The translations under genes were made by a program, and so were the position numbers. This document shows positions 39,856 through 48,309 of a stretch of DNA of 64,000 nt, in pieces. The DNA is taken from the NCBI GenBank assembly GCA_963802655.1, contig CAWDJM010000016.1:195813-259812 (forward strand), written 5' to 3'. Numbering within the stretch: position 1 is the first letter of the stretch; each line of letters opens with the position of its first letter. This DNA is from an uncultured Solirubrobacterales bacterium. Lineage in GTDB: Bacteria; Actinomycetota; Thermoleophilia; Solirubrobacterales; Solirubrobacteraceae. The notes beneath the pieces are model-generated. The model had not been told where the DNA came from and searched no databases. It saw only the letters and a list, made by a program, of their open reading frames with translations.

Positions 39856-42318
39856 ATGCAGCGGCTTTCGATCGCGCGATCCCTCCGGCTGGCGCTCGTC
39901 GGCCTGACCCTGGCGCTGGCGATCGTCGCTGCGTTCGGCGTGGCGACCCTCTACAAGTCCCGTCAACGCTACGAAAACCGGCTGCTGGAGACCTCGGCGC
40001 TTTCGACCGCTGCCGCTAACCTGGCGGGCGCGGGCGTCGCGGAGGACGAGGCGCTTCGCGACACGCGCGGGCCTCGTTCGGCCGGAGAGCGGGCCAAGGC
40101 CCAGGCCACCTACCTGACCGCCGCTCACACGGTCAGCTCGCTCGCGATGGAGGATCCACCGAGCCGCGTCCTCGCCCAGAAGCAGATCGCGGCCGAGACG
40201 AGGGCCCGTCGGCTGGCTGCTAACGGCCAGTACACCGCCGCGACCGCCCCCGACGGGCCGCTGAATGAGGCGCGCACGCTGGCCACGCAGCTGCAGGCGC
40301 GCCAGCTGACCCGCCAGCAGATCGCCCACGCTAATGCCCGCTCGGACGCCAAGCGGGCGATCATCATGGTCGGGATCGCCGGACTGCTGGCGGTGGTCGG
40401 CGCGCTGACCCTGATCGCGCTGCTGATCCGGGGAATGCGACGGCCCCTCGACGACCTCGTCCAGGCGACCCGCAGTCTGGCCTCGGGCGACCTCGGCCGC
40501 CGGGTCGAGCCGTCAGGCCCGCGGGAGCTCCAGGAGCTCGGCACGGCGTTCAACGCGATGGCCGACGACCTGCGCGGGGCCCAGCGCCAGATCGAGGAGG
40601 AGCGCCGGGCGCTGGCGGTCACGATCGAGAGCCTCGGCGACGCGCTGATCGTCACCGAGCCCGGCTCGAGCAAGATCTCGGCGGTCAACCCGCGGGCCAC
40701 CGAGCTCGTCCCCGAGCTCGTCGTGGGATCGTCTGCCGACTGCGATGAGAGTCCGCTGCCGTCGCTGACTGAGGCGCTCAGCGGCGAATCGATCGTCCGC
40801 CATCACGAGCGCACCCTCGCGGTGACCGCGGCGCTGCTGGGCAGCGAGACCGACGGCGTCGTGTGGACGGTGCGCGACATGAGCGAGCGCGCCCGCCTCG
40901 AGCGCGCCAAGAGCGAGTTCGTGGCCACGGCCTCCCACGAACTGCGCAGCCCCCTGACCTCGATCAAGGGCTTCGTCGAGCTGCTGGAACGGTCACCTGA
41001 GGGTATGTCCGAGCGCCAACGGGAGTTCGTCGACATCATCCTGAAGTCGACCGACCGGCTCGTCGACCTGGTCAACGACCTGCTCGACGTGGCCCGGATC
41101 GAAGCCGACCACGTCGAGATCAACCGGCGCCCGATCGACGTCGGCGAAGCCGTCACCGAGGTCACCGAGCTGATGGGCCCGCGGATCGCCAACAAGGGTC
41201 AGCAGCTCGACGTCCACATCGCCCCCACGCTGGCGCCGGCGATGGCCGATCCGAGCCGGGTGCGCCAGATCGTCGCCAACCTGGTCACCAACGCCCATCT
41301 GTACACGCACGAGGGCGGCCGCATTCAGGTCGCCGTCGAGCCCGATCGGGCGTGGGTGCAGATCAAGGTCTCCGATTCCGGGATCGGCATGACCGAGGAG
41401 GAGACCTCGCGCGTGTTCGAGCGGTTCTTCCGCGGCGGCAACGGCAGCGCCTCGAGCCCCGGCACCGGCCTGGGCATGTCGATCGTGAAGTCGCTGGTCG
41501 ACCTGCACAGCGGCGAGGTCGAGGTCGAGAGCGAGCTCGGGCGCGGCACCACGTTCCGGGTGCGGCTGCCGGCCGCGATCCGCGGCCCGCAGTCGGCGCA
41601 GTCGCTGGCGGCGATCCGCGGGCGGCACGTGCTGGTGGTCGATGACGAACGCGAGATCGCCGAGCTGATCGCCGGGCAGCTGGCCCCGCTTGACGTGTCC
41701 GCGACGATCGCCACCAACGGCGACGAGGCGCTCGAACTGCTGCGCAGCGGGCGCTACGACGCGGTGACGCTCGACATCCTGATGCCCGGCCTCGACGGCT
41801 TCGAGGTGCTGCATGCGATCCGCCAGGACCGGATGCTGCGGACGACTCCGATCGTGTTCGTGTCGGTGTTCTCGGGCTCGCACGCGCTCGCCGGCGAGTG
41901 GGTGGTGGCCAAGCCGATCGACGCCGATGAGCTCCGCGACGTGTTGGGCGCCGCGGTCCGCGCGGGGCGCTCCAGCGTGCTCGTGGTGGGGCGCGCCGAG
42001 CTGCAGCCGGTGCTCGAACCGGCACTCGACGAGTTCGGGATCGAGCACCACTGGGAGCTGACCGGCCCGGCCGCGGCCAGGGTCTGCGAGGAGCGCCGGT
42101 TCGAGGTCGCGCTGGTCGACGTCGGAGTCCGCAACCCTCAAGCCGTACTCCAGGCTCTGGACCTGAGGGGTCGTCGGCTCCGGCGGGCGGTGATACTGTT
42201 TTCCGACAGCGAGACGCCTACTCCTAACGGAGTTAACAGGCTTGGCATGGAAGTCATTCCGGCCGAAGAGGCCGCCGGGGCAGTATTAGCAGCGCTCCGC
42301 GCGGAGCGGGAAGGATGA
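39856..42318 (+). CDS. hybrid sensor histidine kinase (TM-HAMP-PAS-like-HisKA-HATPase-REC-REC-like)
   Basis: The H-box is FVATASHELRSPLTSIKGF, the N box is LVTNAHLYT, and the G boxes are DSGIGM and GTGLGMSIV. The receiver is VLVVDDEREI...AVTLDILMPGLDG. ATG 39856 precedes TM1. Confidence 0.85.
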   Translation: MQRLSIARSLRLALVGLTLALAIVAAFGVATLYKSRQRYENRLLETSALSTAAANLAGAGVAEDEALRDTRGPRSAGERAKAQATYLTAAHTVSSLAMEDPPSRVLAQKQIAAETRARRLAANGQYTAATAPDGPLNEARTLATQLQARQLTRQQIAHANARSDAKRAIIMVGIAGLLAVVGALTLIALLIRGMRRPLDDLVQATRSLASGDLGRRVEPSGPRELQELGTAFNAMADDLRGAQRQIEEERRALAVTIESLGDALIVTEPGSSKISAVNPRATELVPELVVGSSADCDESPLPSLTEALSGESIVRHHERTLAVTAALLGSETDGVVWTVRDMSERARLERAKSEFVATASHELRSPLTSIKGFVELLERSPEGMSERQREFVDIILKSTDRLVDLVNDLLDVARIEADHVEINRRPIDVGEAVTEVTELMGPRIANKGQQLDVHIAPTLAPAMADPSRVRQIVANLVTNAHLYTHEGGRIQVAVEPDRAWVQIKVSDSGIGMTEEETSRVFERFFRGGNGSASSPGTGLGMSIVKSLVDLHSGEVEVESELGRGTTFRVRLPAAIRGPQSAQSLAAIRGRHVLVVDDEREIAELIAGQLAPLDVSATIATNGDEALELLRSGRYDAVTLDILMPGLDGFEVLHAIRQDRMLRTTPIVFVSVFSGSHALAGEWVVAKPIDADELRDVLGAAVRAGRSSVLVVGRAELQPVLEPALDEFGIEHHWELTGPAAARVCEERRFEVALVDVGVRNPQAVLQALDLRGRRLRRAVILFSDSETPTPNGVNRLGMEVIPAEEAAGAVLAALRAEREG

Positions 42319-42328
42319 GCCCGAAGGA

Positions 42329-43081
42329 ATGGCAGTCCAGAGCGATGTCGAGTTGATCGAAGAGCTGGAGCGTTTGCGCGGCGAGCTGGCCGTCCGCGAG
42401 CAGGAGGCCGCCGACAAGGACCGCCAGCTCGAGCGCTACGCCGCGGATCTCCGCGAGACGTTCAAGCAGGAGCGGGCCCGTGCCCACGAGCTTCAGCGGT
42501 CCTACATGGCGACCGTGCGCGCCCTCTCCAACGCCGTCGAGGCGCGCGACGCCTACACCAGCAAGCACGCCGAGCGGGTCACCGCCTACGGGCTGGAGAT
42601 CGCCCGGGCAGTGGGCCTGTCGGTGTCGGACGTGGCCGACCTCGAGTTCGGCTTCCTGCTGCACGACATCGGCAAGCTCGCGATCCCCGACTCGATCCTC
42701 TACAAGCCGGGGCAGCTGACCCCCGAGGAGCGCGCGCTGGTCGTGCAGCACCCGGTGGTCGGCGCGGAGATCGTGCGCGACATCGAGTTTCTGGCCCAAC
42801 CGATGCAGGTGGTGCGCCACCACCACGAGCGCTGGGATGGGACCGGATACCCCGATCGGCTCGCCGGCACCAAGATCCCGCTGTCGGCGCGGATCTTCGC
42901 GGTCGCCGACGTACTCGACGCGCTGACCAGCGATCGCCCGTACCGCACCGCCTCGCCGCTGGATGTCGCCCGCGAGATGATCGTGGCCGAGTCAGGCCGG
43001 CACTTCGACCCGCGGGTGATCGAGGCGTTCAAGACGATCCCCGACGAGACGTTCGAGCGGATCCGGCGCGAGACTCGATGA
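42329..43081 (+). CDS. HD-GYP domain protein (putative c-di-GMP phosphodiesterase)
   Basis: It contains HAERV, LLHDIGK, HHHERWDGTGYP and DVLDALTSDRPYR. Confidence 0.85.
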   Translation: MAVQSDVELIEELERLRGELAVREQEAADKDRQLERYAADLRETFKQERARAHELQRSYMATVRALSNAVEARDAYTSKHAERVTAYGLEIARAVGLSVSDVADLEFGFLLHDIGKLAIPDSILYKPGQLTPEERALVVQHPVVGAEIVRDIEFLAQPMQVVRHHHERWDGTGYPDRLAGTKIPLSARIFAVADVLDALTSDRPYRTASPLDVAREMIVAESGRHFDPRVIEAFKTIPDETFERIRRETR

Positions 43082-43109
43082 ACCGGCGGGCGCCCGCGGG
43101 AGCCCGGGG

Positions 43110-43487
43110 ATGAATCGAGGCGTGCTGATCGTCGACGACGACCAGTTCATCCGCAAGCTGATCGCGACCACGCTGGAGGACGTCACGCAGTTCGACCTGC
43201 ACGAGGCGGGAGACGGGCTCGAGGCCGTCGAGGTCGCCAAGCGCGAGCACCCGGCGATCGTGTTCCTCGACGTCGACATGCCGCGGCTCGACGGGATCGA
43301 GGCCTGCCGGCGGCTGCGCGCCGACCGCGACACCAGTAAGACCACGATTGTGATGCTCACCGCGGCGCACGGGGACACGGTCCAGGCCGAGGCCGAGGAG
43401 GCCGGCGCCGACCTGTTCCTGACCAAACCGTTCAGCCCGCTCGACCTGCTTCGGCTCGTCGACCGACTCGACGAACAGTCTCGCTGA
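43110..43487 (+). CDS. single-domain response regulator (CheY-like)
   Basis: 125 aa with VLIVDDD, FLDVDMPRLDG and LTKPF. Confidence 0.85.
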   Translation: MNRGVLIVDDDQFIRKLIATTLEDVTQFDLHEAGDGLEAVEVAKREHPAIVFLDVDMPRLDGIEACRRLRADRDTSKTTIVMLTAAHGDTVQAEAEEAGADLFLTKPFSPLDLLRLVDRLDEQSR

Positions 43488-43489
43488 CC

Positions 43490-44440
43490 GTGTCGCGCCG
43501 GGCCTGGCTCGCGTTCGCGGCGATGTCGCTGATCTGGGGGGTCCCGTACCTGTTCATCAAGATCGCCGTCGATGGCGGCGTCACCCCGCTGATGCTCGCC
43601 TGGAGCCGGGTGACGCTGGCCGCGATCGTGCTGCTCACGCTCGCCTGGCGCGCGGGGACACTGGGCTCGGTGCGGGGCCGGGGGCGCTGGCTGCTCGCCT
43701 ACGCCGTCGCCGAGATCTCACTCCCGTTCCCGCTGATCGCGGCCGGCGAGGTGCACGTGGCCTCGTCGGTGAGCGCGATCATCATCGCCGCCGTCCCGCT
43801 GGTCGGGGCGCTCCTGGCGATGCGCTTCGACCACTCCGAGCGCCCCACCGTGGCCCGGGCGTTCGGGCTGATGCTCGGGTTCGGCGGCGTGATCGTGCTC
43901 GTTGGCGTCGACATCGCCGGCAACGCCCAGGAGCTGCTGGGCGCCGGCGCAATCCTGTTGGCCGCGTGCGGCTACGCGGTCGGGCCGATGGTGATCAAGC
44001 ACCGCCTGGCTGGGCTGGATCCGCGCGCGACGATGGGCACCAGCCTGGCGATCGCCGCGTTGGTGCTGGCGCCCGGCGCGGCGATCGACCGCCCGCACTC
44101 GGCGCCGACGCCGGGAGCGGTTGGGTCGGTGGTCGTGCTCGGGCTGCTCTGCACCGCGCTGGCGTTCGTGATCTTCACGGTGCTGATCCGCGAGGCCGGC
44201 ACCAGCCGCGCGACCGTCATCACCTACGTCAACCCGGTGGTCGCGGTCGCGCTCGGGGTGGCGCTGCTCGGCGAGCGTCCGGGCGCCGGCGCGGTCGCGG
44301 GCCTGCTGCTGATCCTGGCCGGGTCGTGGCTGTCGACCGACGGCCGGCTGCCGCCGCCGCTCAGAGGGCTGGTCGGGCGCCGGCGCGGCACCCGCGCGCC
44401 CCTCGACGCCGGGCCGCTACCATCCGGCGGCGATGGTTGA
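43490..44440 (+). CDS. EamA/DMT-family transporter
   Basis: 316 aa with 10 hydrophobic segments in two EamA-like halves (WGVPYLFIKIAV...). Confidence 0.8.
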   Translation: MSRRAWLAFAAMSLIWGVPYLFIKIAVDGGVTPLMLAWSRVTLAAIVLLTLAWRAGTLGSVRGRGRWLLAYAVAEISLPFPLIAAGEVHVASSVSAIIIAAVPLVGALLAMRFDHSERPTVARAFGLMLGFGGVIVLVGVDIAGNAQELLGAGAILLAACGYAVGPMVIKHRLAGLDPRATMGTSLAIAALVLAPGAAIDRPHSAPTPGAVGSVVVLGLLCTALAFVIFTVLIREAGTSRATVITYVNPVVAVALGVALLGERPGAGAVAGLLLILAGSWLSTDGRLPPPLRGLVGRRRGTRAPLDAGPLPSGGDG

Positions 44441-44663
44441 AACGATCCTCAGCGTCGTGCAGGTGTTCATCTGCGTCGTCCTGATCTTCCTGGTGCTGAT
44501 GCACTCGGGTAAGGACGCCGGCCTGTCCGGCGCGTTCGGCGTGGGCACCGGCGCCGGTCCGTTTGGCGGTGGCTCGCTGGTCGAGCGCAACCTGAACCGC
44601 TGGACGATCGCCTTCGCGATTGCGTTCGCGATCAACGCGATCATCCTGATCAAAGTCAGCTAG
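44433..44663 (+). CDS. secG: preprotein translocase subunit SecG
   Basis: 76 aa. It has two TM helices and the typical LIFLVLMHSGKDAGLSGAFG.G segment. Confidence 0.8.
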   Translation: MVETILSVVQVFICVVLIFLVLMHSGKDAGLSGAFGVGTGAGPFGGGSLVERNLNRWTIAFAIAFAINAIILIKVS

Positions 44664-47307
44664 CGCCGTTGGCGGAGCTGGGTCCCGCGCGGGACCCGGG
44701 CGCCTCCGCGTGCGGCTCCTGCTGGTGTGCGTCGCTCTCGCCCTGGATTCGGTCGAGCTCGGAGAGGATCTCGATCGCCTCGGCCCGCAGGCCCCGGTCG
44801 ACGATCTCGAAGTCGGAGTCAGACAGCTTGCCGGTGCGATGGTCGAGCTGGGCGTCGCGGATCTCGCGGTACTTGGCGTCCCGCGCCGCCTCGAGCTCGG
44901 CGACCTCGCTGAAGCCGATCGGGCCCGCCTCGCGCTCTGGGCCGGCCGGCGCGGCCCCCGGGGCGGCAGGTCGCTGCACTCGCGCGATCCGGGCTCGGCG
45001 GATCGGCATGCCGACGATCACCACGACCGCCGCCAGGATCGCGAGCACGATCAGGAACTGCAGCACCGGGTTAACCGGTTCGCGCGCGGGCAGCGCCGGC
45101 TGGGGGCGGTGGCCGCCGGCGCCCGCCGCCGCCGGCGAGGTGGCCCGCCGCCGCGCGAACGTGGGGACCGGCCACAGCGCGATCAGCCCGCCCAGCGCGA
45201 TGATCAGCGCGCCCAGCCAGATCCAGGTGACAAGCGGCGAGACGATCATCAGGAAGTTCACCGCCCACGGGTGGGTCACGAACCGATGCGTGAGGCCGGT
45301 GATCGCCGCGTCGCGCTCGGAGAACAGCGAGTTGAGCGCCTGCTGGGTCTGGGCCGGGGGCAGCGACGCCGCCTTGGACATGATGTTCGCCTCGTCGGCG
45401 GCGAACAGCTTGTCGCCCTTGTTGATCAGCGGCTGCAGTGGGGTGAGATCGGGGTTGATCACCGTCCAGATGTCGTGGGTGATCCCGGCGTCGAGGCCCA
45501 CGTTGCTGTCGGCCTGGCCGTTGAAGAAGCGTCCGATCACCCCCAGGCTCGCGTCCTGGGCCGGGTAGAAGCCGCGCGTGGTCCGCAGCGTGGTCACGTG
45601 GTTGCCCTTCTTGGAGACGTCGAGCACGGCGCCGAACGAGATCTTCTGGGCCGACGCCGACGCGGTCGGGCGGACATAGCGGATCGTGTAGCCGTTGACG
45701 ACGACGCTCTGGCCCGGCTTCAGTGTGACGTCGTGGGAGTGCTGGAACGAGGACGACGCAGCCACGCCGACGAGCAGTACCGCGAGGCCGGCATGGACGA
45801 TGTAGCCGCCGTAGCGCCGGCGGTTGCGGCGGACCAGCTGGCCCAGCGCGATCGGCACCGGGTCGCGCGTCATCGCGCGCCGCGCCGACACCCCGCGCCA
45901 GAACTCCTGGACGACGGTCGCCACCACGAATGCGGCCAGCGCGAACATCACCAGCGCGAACGGGCGCGAGCTGGTGCCGCCGCCGGCGACCAGCAGCACG
46001 ATCAGCGTGGCCACGCCGACGCTCACCGGGATCGTGAAGTTGCGCCGCAGGTTGGCAGCCGTCACCCGGCGCCAGGCGATGATCGGCCCGATCCCCGACA
46101 GCAGCACCAGGACCAGCGCCAGCGGCACGATGAACGGCCGGAACGCCGGGGGCCCGACCGACACCTTGGTCCCGGTCACGGCCTCGGAGATCAGCGGGAA
46201 GAACGTGACCCAGAAGATCACGAACACCATCGCCACGAGCACCACGTTCTGGAACAGGAACACAGCCTCGCGCGACAGCAGCGAGTCCAGCTGCGAATCG
46301 GATCGCAGCTGCGGCCGGCGCCAGACGACGAGCCAGACCGAGCCGGCCACCATCGCCCCGATCAGCAGCACGAACGGGATCCCCAGCGTCGAGGCGCCGA
46401 ACGCGTGGATCGAGTCCAGCACCCCGGAGCGGACCAGGAACGTGCCGATGATCGCGAGCGTCGCGCTGCCCAGGATCAGCGATGCGTTCCACACCTTCAG
46501 CATCCCCCGCTTCTCCTGGATCATCGCCGAGTGGATGAACGCGGTCACGGCCAGCCACGGCATCAGCGCGGCGTTCTCGACCGGGTCCCACGCCCAGTAG
46601 CCGCCCCAGCCGAGCTCCGTGTAGGACCAGCGGGCGCCGAGCAGGATCCCGATCCCCAAGAACAGCCACGCCGCCAGCGCGAAGCGCCGGGTGACAGCGA
46701 TCCACTCCGACCCGAGGCGGCCGGTGATCAGCGCGCCGACCGCGAACGCGAACGGAATCGTCAGCAACGTGTACCCCGAGTACAACATCGGCGGGTGGAT
46801 CATCATGCTCGGGTGCAGCAGCAGCGGGTCCAGGCCGGCGCCCTCGGTCGGCGGGTTGTGGGTGGTGGCGAACGGGTTGGCCCAGAACACCGTCAGCATC
46901 GAGAAGAATGAGGCGAACCCGAGCAGCACCGCGGTCGCGTACGGGGCGATCTCCCGGACCCGGCCGCGCGTCAGGAACAACACCAGGCTCGACCACAGCG
47001 ACAGCAGCCACACCCACAGCAGCAGCGACCCCTCCTGGGATGACCACGGCGCGGTCAGCTTGTAGAACGTCGGCGTGGTCGTCGATGAGTGCCCGGCGAC
47101 GACGTTGAACGTGAAGTCCGACCGCAGGAACGCCGACTCGAGGATCACGAACGCGATCGTCATCAGCCCGGCCAGCGCGTACACGGACCGCCGGCCCGAG
47201 TCGATCCACTCGCGCCGGCCCGTGCGGGCCCCATACAGCGAGGCGCCCGCGCCGTACAGCGCGACCAGCAGGCCGATGATCAACAGCGCGCGACCGGTCA
47301 GCGCCAT
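44656..47307 (-). CDS. ccmF: cytochrome c-type biogenesis protein CcmF (haem lyase) with roughly 190-aa C-terminal extension
   Basis: The N-terminal roughly 690 aa is CcmF-like (SDFTFNVVAGHSSTTTPTFYKLTAPWSSQEGSLLLWVW and the WGGYWAWDPVENA W-rich motif). An extra TM helix and a charged helical tail follow (AELEAARDAKYREIRDAQLDHRTGKLSDSDFEIV). Confidence 0.85.
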   Translation of the reverse strand: MALTGRALLIIGLLVALYGAGASLYGARTGRREWIDSGRRSVYALAGLMTIAFVILESAFLRSDFTFNVVAGHSSTTTPTFYKLTAPWSSQEGSLLLWVWLLSLWSSLVLFLTRGRVREIAPYATAVLLGFASFFSMLTVFWANPFATTHNPPTEGAGLDPLLLHPSMMIHPPMLYSGYTLLTIPFAFAVGALITGRLGSEWIAVTRRFALAAWLFLGIGILLGARWSYTELGWGGYWAWDPVENAALMPWLAVTAFIHSAMIQEKRGMLKVWNASLILGSATLAIIGTFLVRSGVLDSIHAFGASTLGIPFVLLIGAMVAGSVWLVVWRRPQLRSDSQLDSLLSREAVFLFQNVVLVAMVFVIFWVTFFPLISEAVTGTKVSVGPPAFRPFIVPLALVLVLLSGIGPIIAWRRVTAANLRRNFTIPVSVGVATLIVLLVAGGGTSSRPFALVMFALAAFVVATVVQEFWRGVSARRAMTRDPVPIALGQLVRRNRRRYGGYIVHAGLAVLLVGVAASSSFQHSHDVTLKPGQSVVVNGYTIRYVRPTASASAQKISFGAVLDVSKKGNHVTTLRTTRGFYPAQDASLGVIGRFFNGQADSNVGLDAGITHDIWTVINPDLTPLQPLINKGDKLFAADEANIMSKAASLPPAQTQQALNSLFSERDAAITGLTHRFVTHPWAVNFLMIVSPLVTWIWLGALIIALGGLIALWPVPTFARRRATSPAAAGAGGHRPQPALPAREPVNPVLQFLIVLAILAAVVVIVGMPIRRARIARVQRPAAPGAAPAGPEREAGPIGFSEVAELEAARDAKYREIRDAQLDHRTGKLSDSDFEIVDRGLRAEAIEILSELDRIQGESDAHQQEPHAEAPGSRAGPSSANGAS

Positions 47308-47322
47308 CTCACTGCCCGACCA

Positions 47323-47739
47323 TCAATACGACGAGCTCGCTGCCTGGTATTTGGAGGGGCACTTGGTGGTCAGCGAGTTCTGCTCGCCGACGAAGGTCGA
47401 GGTCGAGGTCGAGCCCTGCTCCTTGACCGTGACCAGCACGCCCCGGCCCTCCGCGAACGGGTCGGGAACGATGCCCGTGTAGCGCACCGGGACCGACAGC
47501 TTCTGCTTCGGGTCGCGCACGCGGAACAGCAGCGTCGAGCCCTGGTGGCGGACAGATCCGGCGAGCACGGTGCCCGCGAGGATGTAGGACTGCCCGGGCT
47601 TGGCCTTCTGCAGAAGCTGCGATGCGGTGACCTCGTCGCGGCCTGCGGCGAAGCTCGTATAGACCAGCGCCGACGCCAACAGCAGTGCGGCGGTGAGGGC
47701 GACGGTCAGGCGGATGGCACGCTTGCGGCTTGGATCCAT
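47323..47739 (-). CDS. ccmE: cytochrome c maturation haem chaperone CcmE, CxxxY variant
   Basis: 138 aa with an N-terminal anchor and an OB-fold (LFRVRDPKQKLSVPVRYTGIVPDPFAEGRGVLV). The C-terminal motif is KCPSKY where canonical CcmE has HxxxY. Confidence 0.8.
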   Translation of the reverse strand: MDPSRKRAIRLTVALTAALLLASALVYTSFAAGRDEVTASQLLQKAKPGQSYILAGTVLAGSVRHQGSTLLFRVRDPKQKLSVPVRYTGIVPDPFAEGRGVLVTVKEQGSTSTSTFVGEQNSLTTKCPSKYQAASSSY

Positions 47740-47898
47740 GCCTGGCGCAATTCTCCCACACCAGGCCGCCGCTCCGTCCCGGGCCCGATCGGCGGCCCCC
47801 AGTGCTAACGGGGCCTTCTGGCCGATTAGCTTCTTGTTAGCGCCAGGAATTAATCGCTCGCAACGCGAAACAAAACCCGGGTAGGGGCGTTACGAGTT

Positions 47899-48183
47899 AT
47901 GAGCATGATCGTCAGATCAAAGCGGGGAAACACCAACAGCCGGCTTCGCACTCGGAGTCGGACTGGCCGAAACGTTGAGCGTCCCACCGGCGTAAACGAG
48001 CCGTTGACCGAGCAGCGTGGAGGGATCGCGTCCGAGCGACCAGCCGCGCCCAGCTCCCGCGCGCGCCACGGCGGACCCTCCGAGGACCGAGCCGTCTACA
48101 GCTGTCAGTGCGGCTTCGTGTTCGAGGAGCAGGTCTCGACGACGGTCGGCTGTCCGCACTGCGGGCACACCCAGGCCTGGTAG
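47899..48183 (+). CDS. small zinc-ribbon protein (hypothetical)
   Basis: 94 aa with a basic, disordered N-terminus and the C-terminal pattern YSCQCGF...GCPHCGH (CxC...CxxC). Confidence 0.45.
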   Translation: MSMIVRSKRGNTNSRLRTRSRTGRNVERPTGVNEPLTEQRGGIASERPAAPSSRARHGGPSEDRAVYSCQCGFVFEEQVSTTVGCPHCGHTQAW

Positions 48184-48309
48184 ACCGCCAGACCCGGCGG
48201 GGACCGCGGCGCGCCTACACGCGCGTAGCTTCGCGCCGCGCGCGTCGGTGAATCGTGATTCAATACCCGGCCGGAGAGAGAGACGTCGCAGGCGCACGGA
48301 GGAGCGAAC

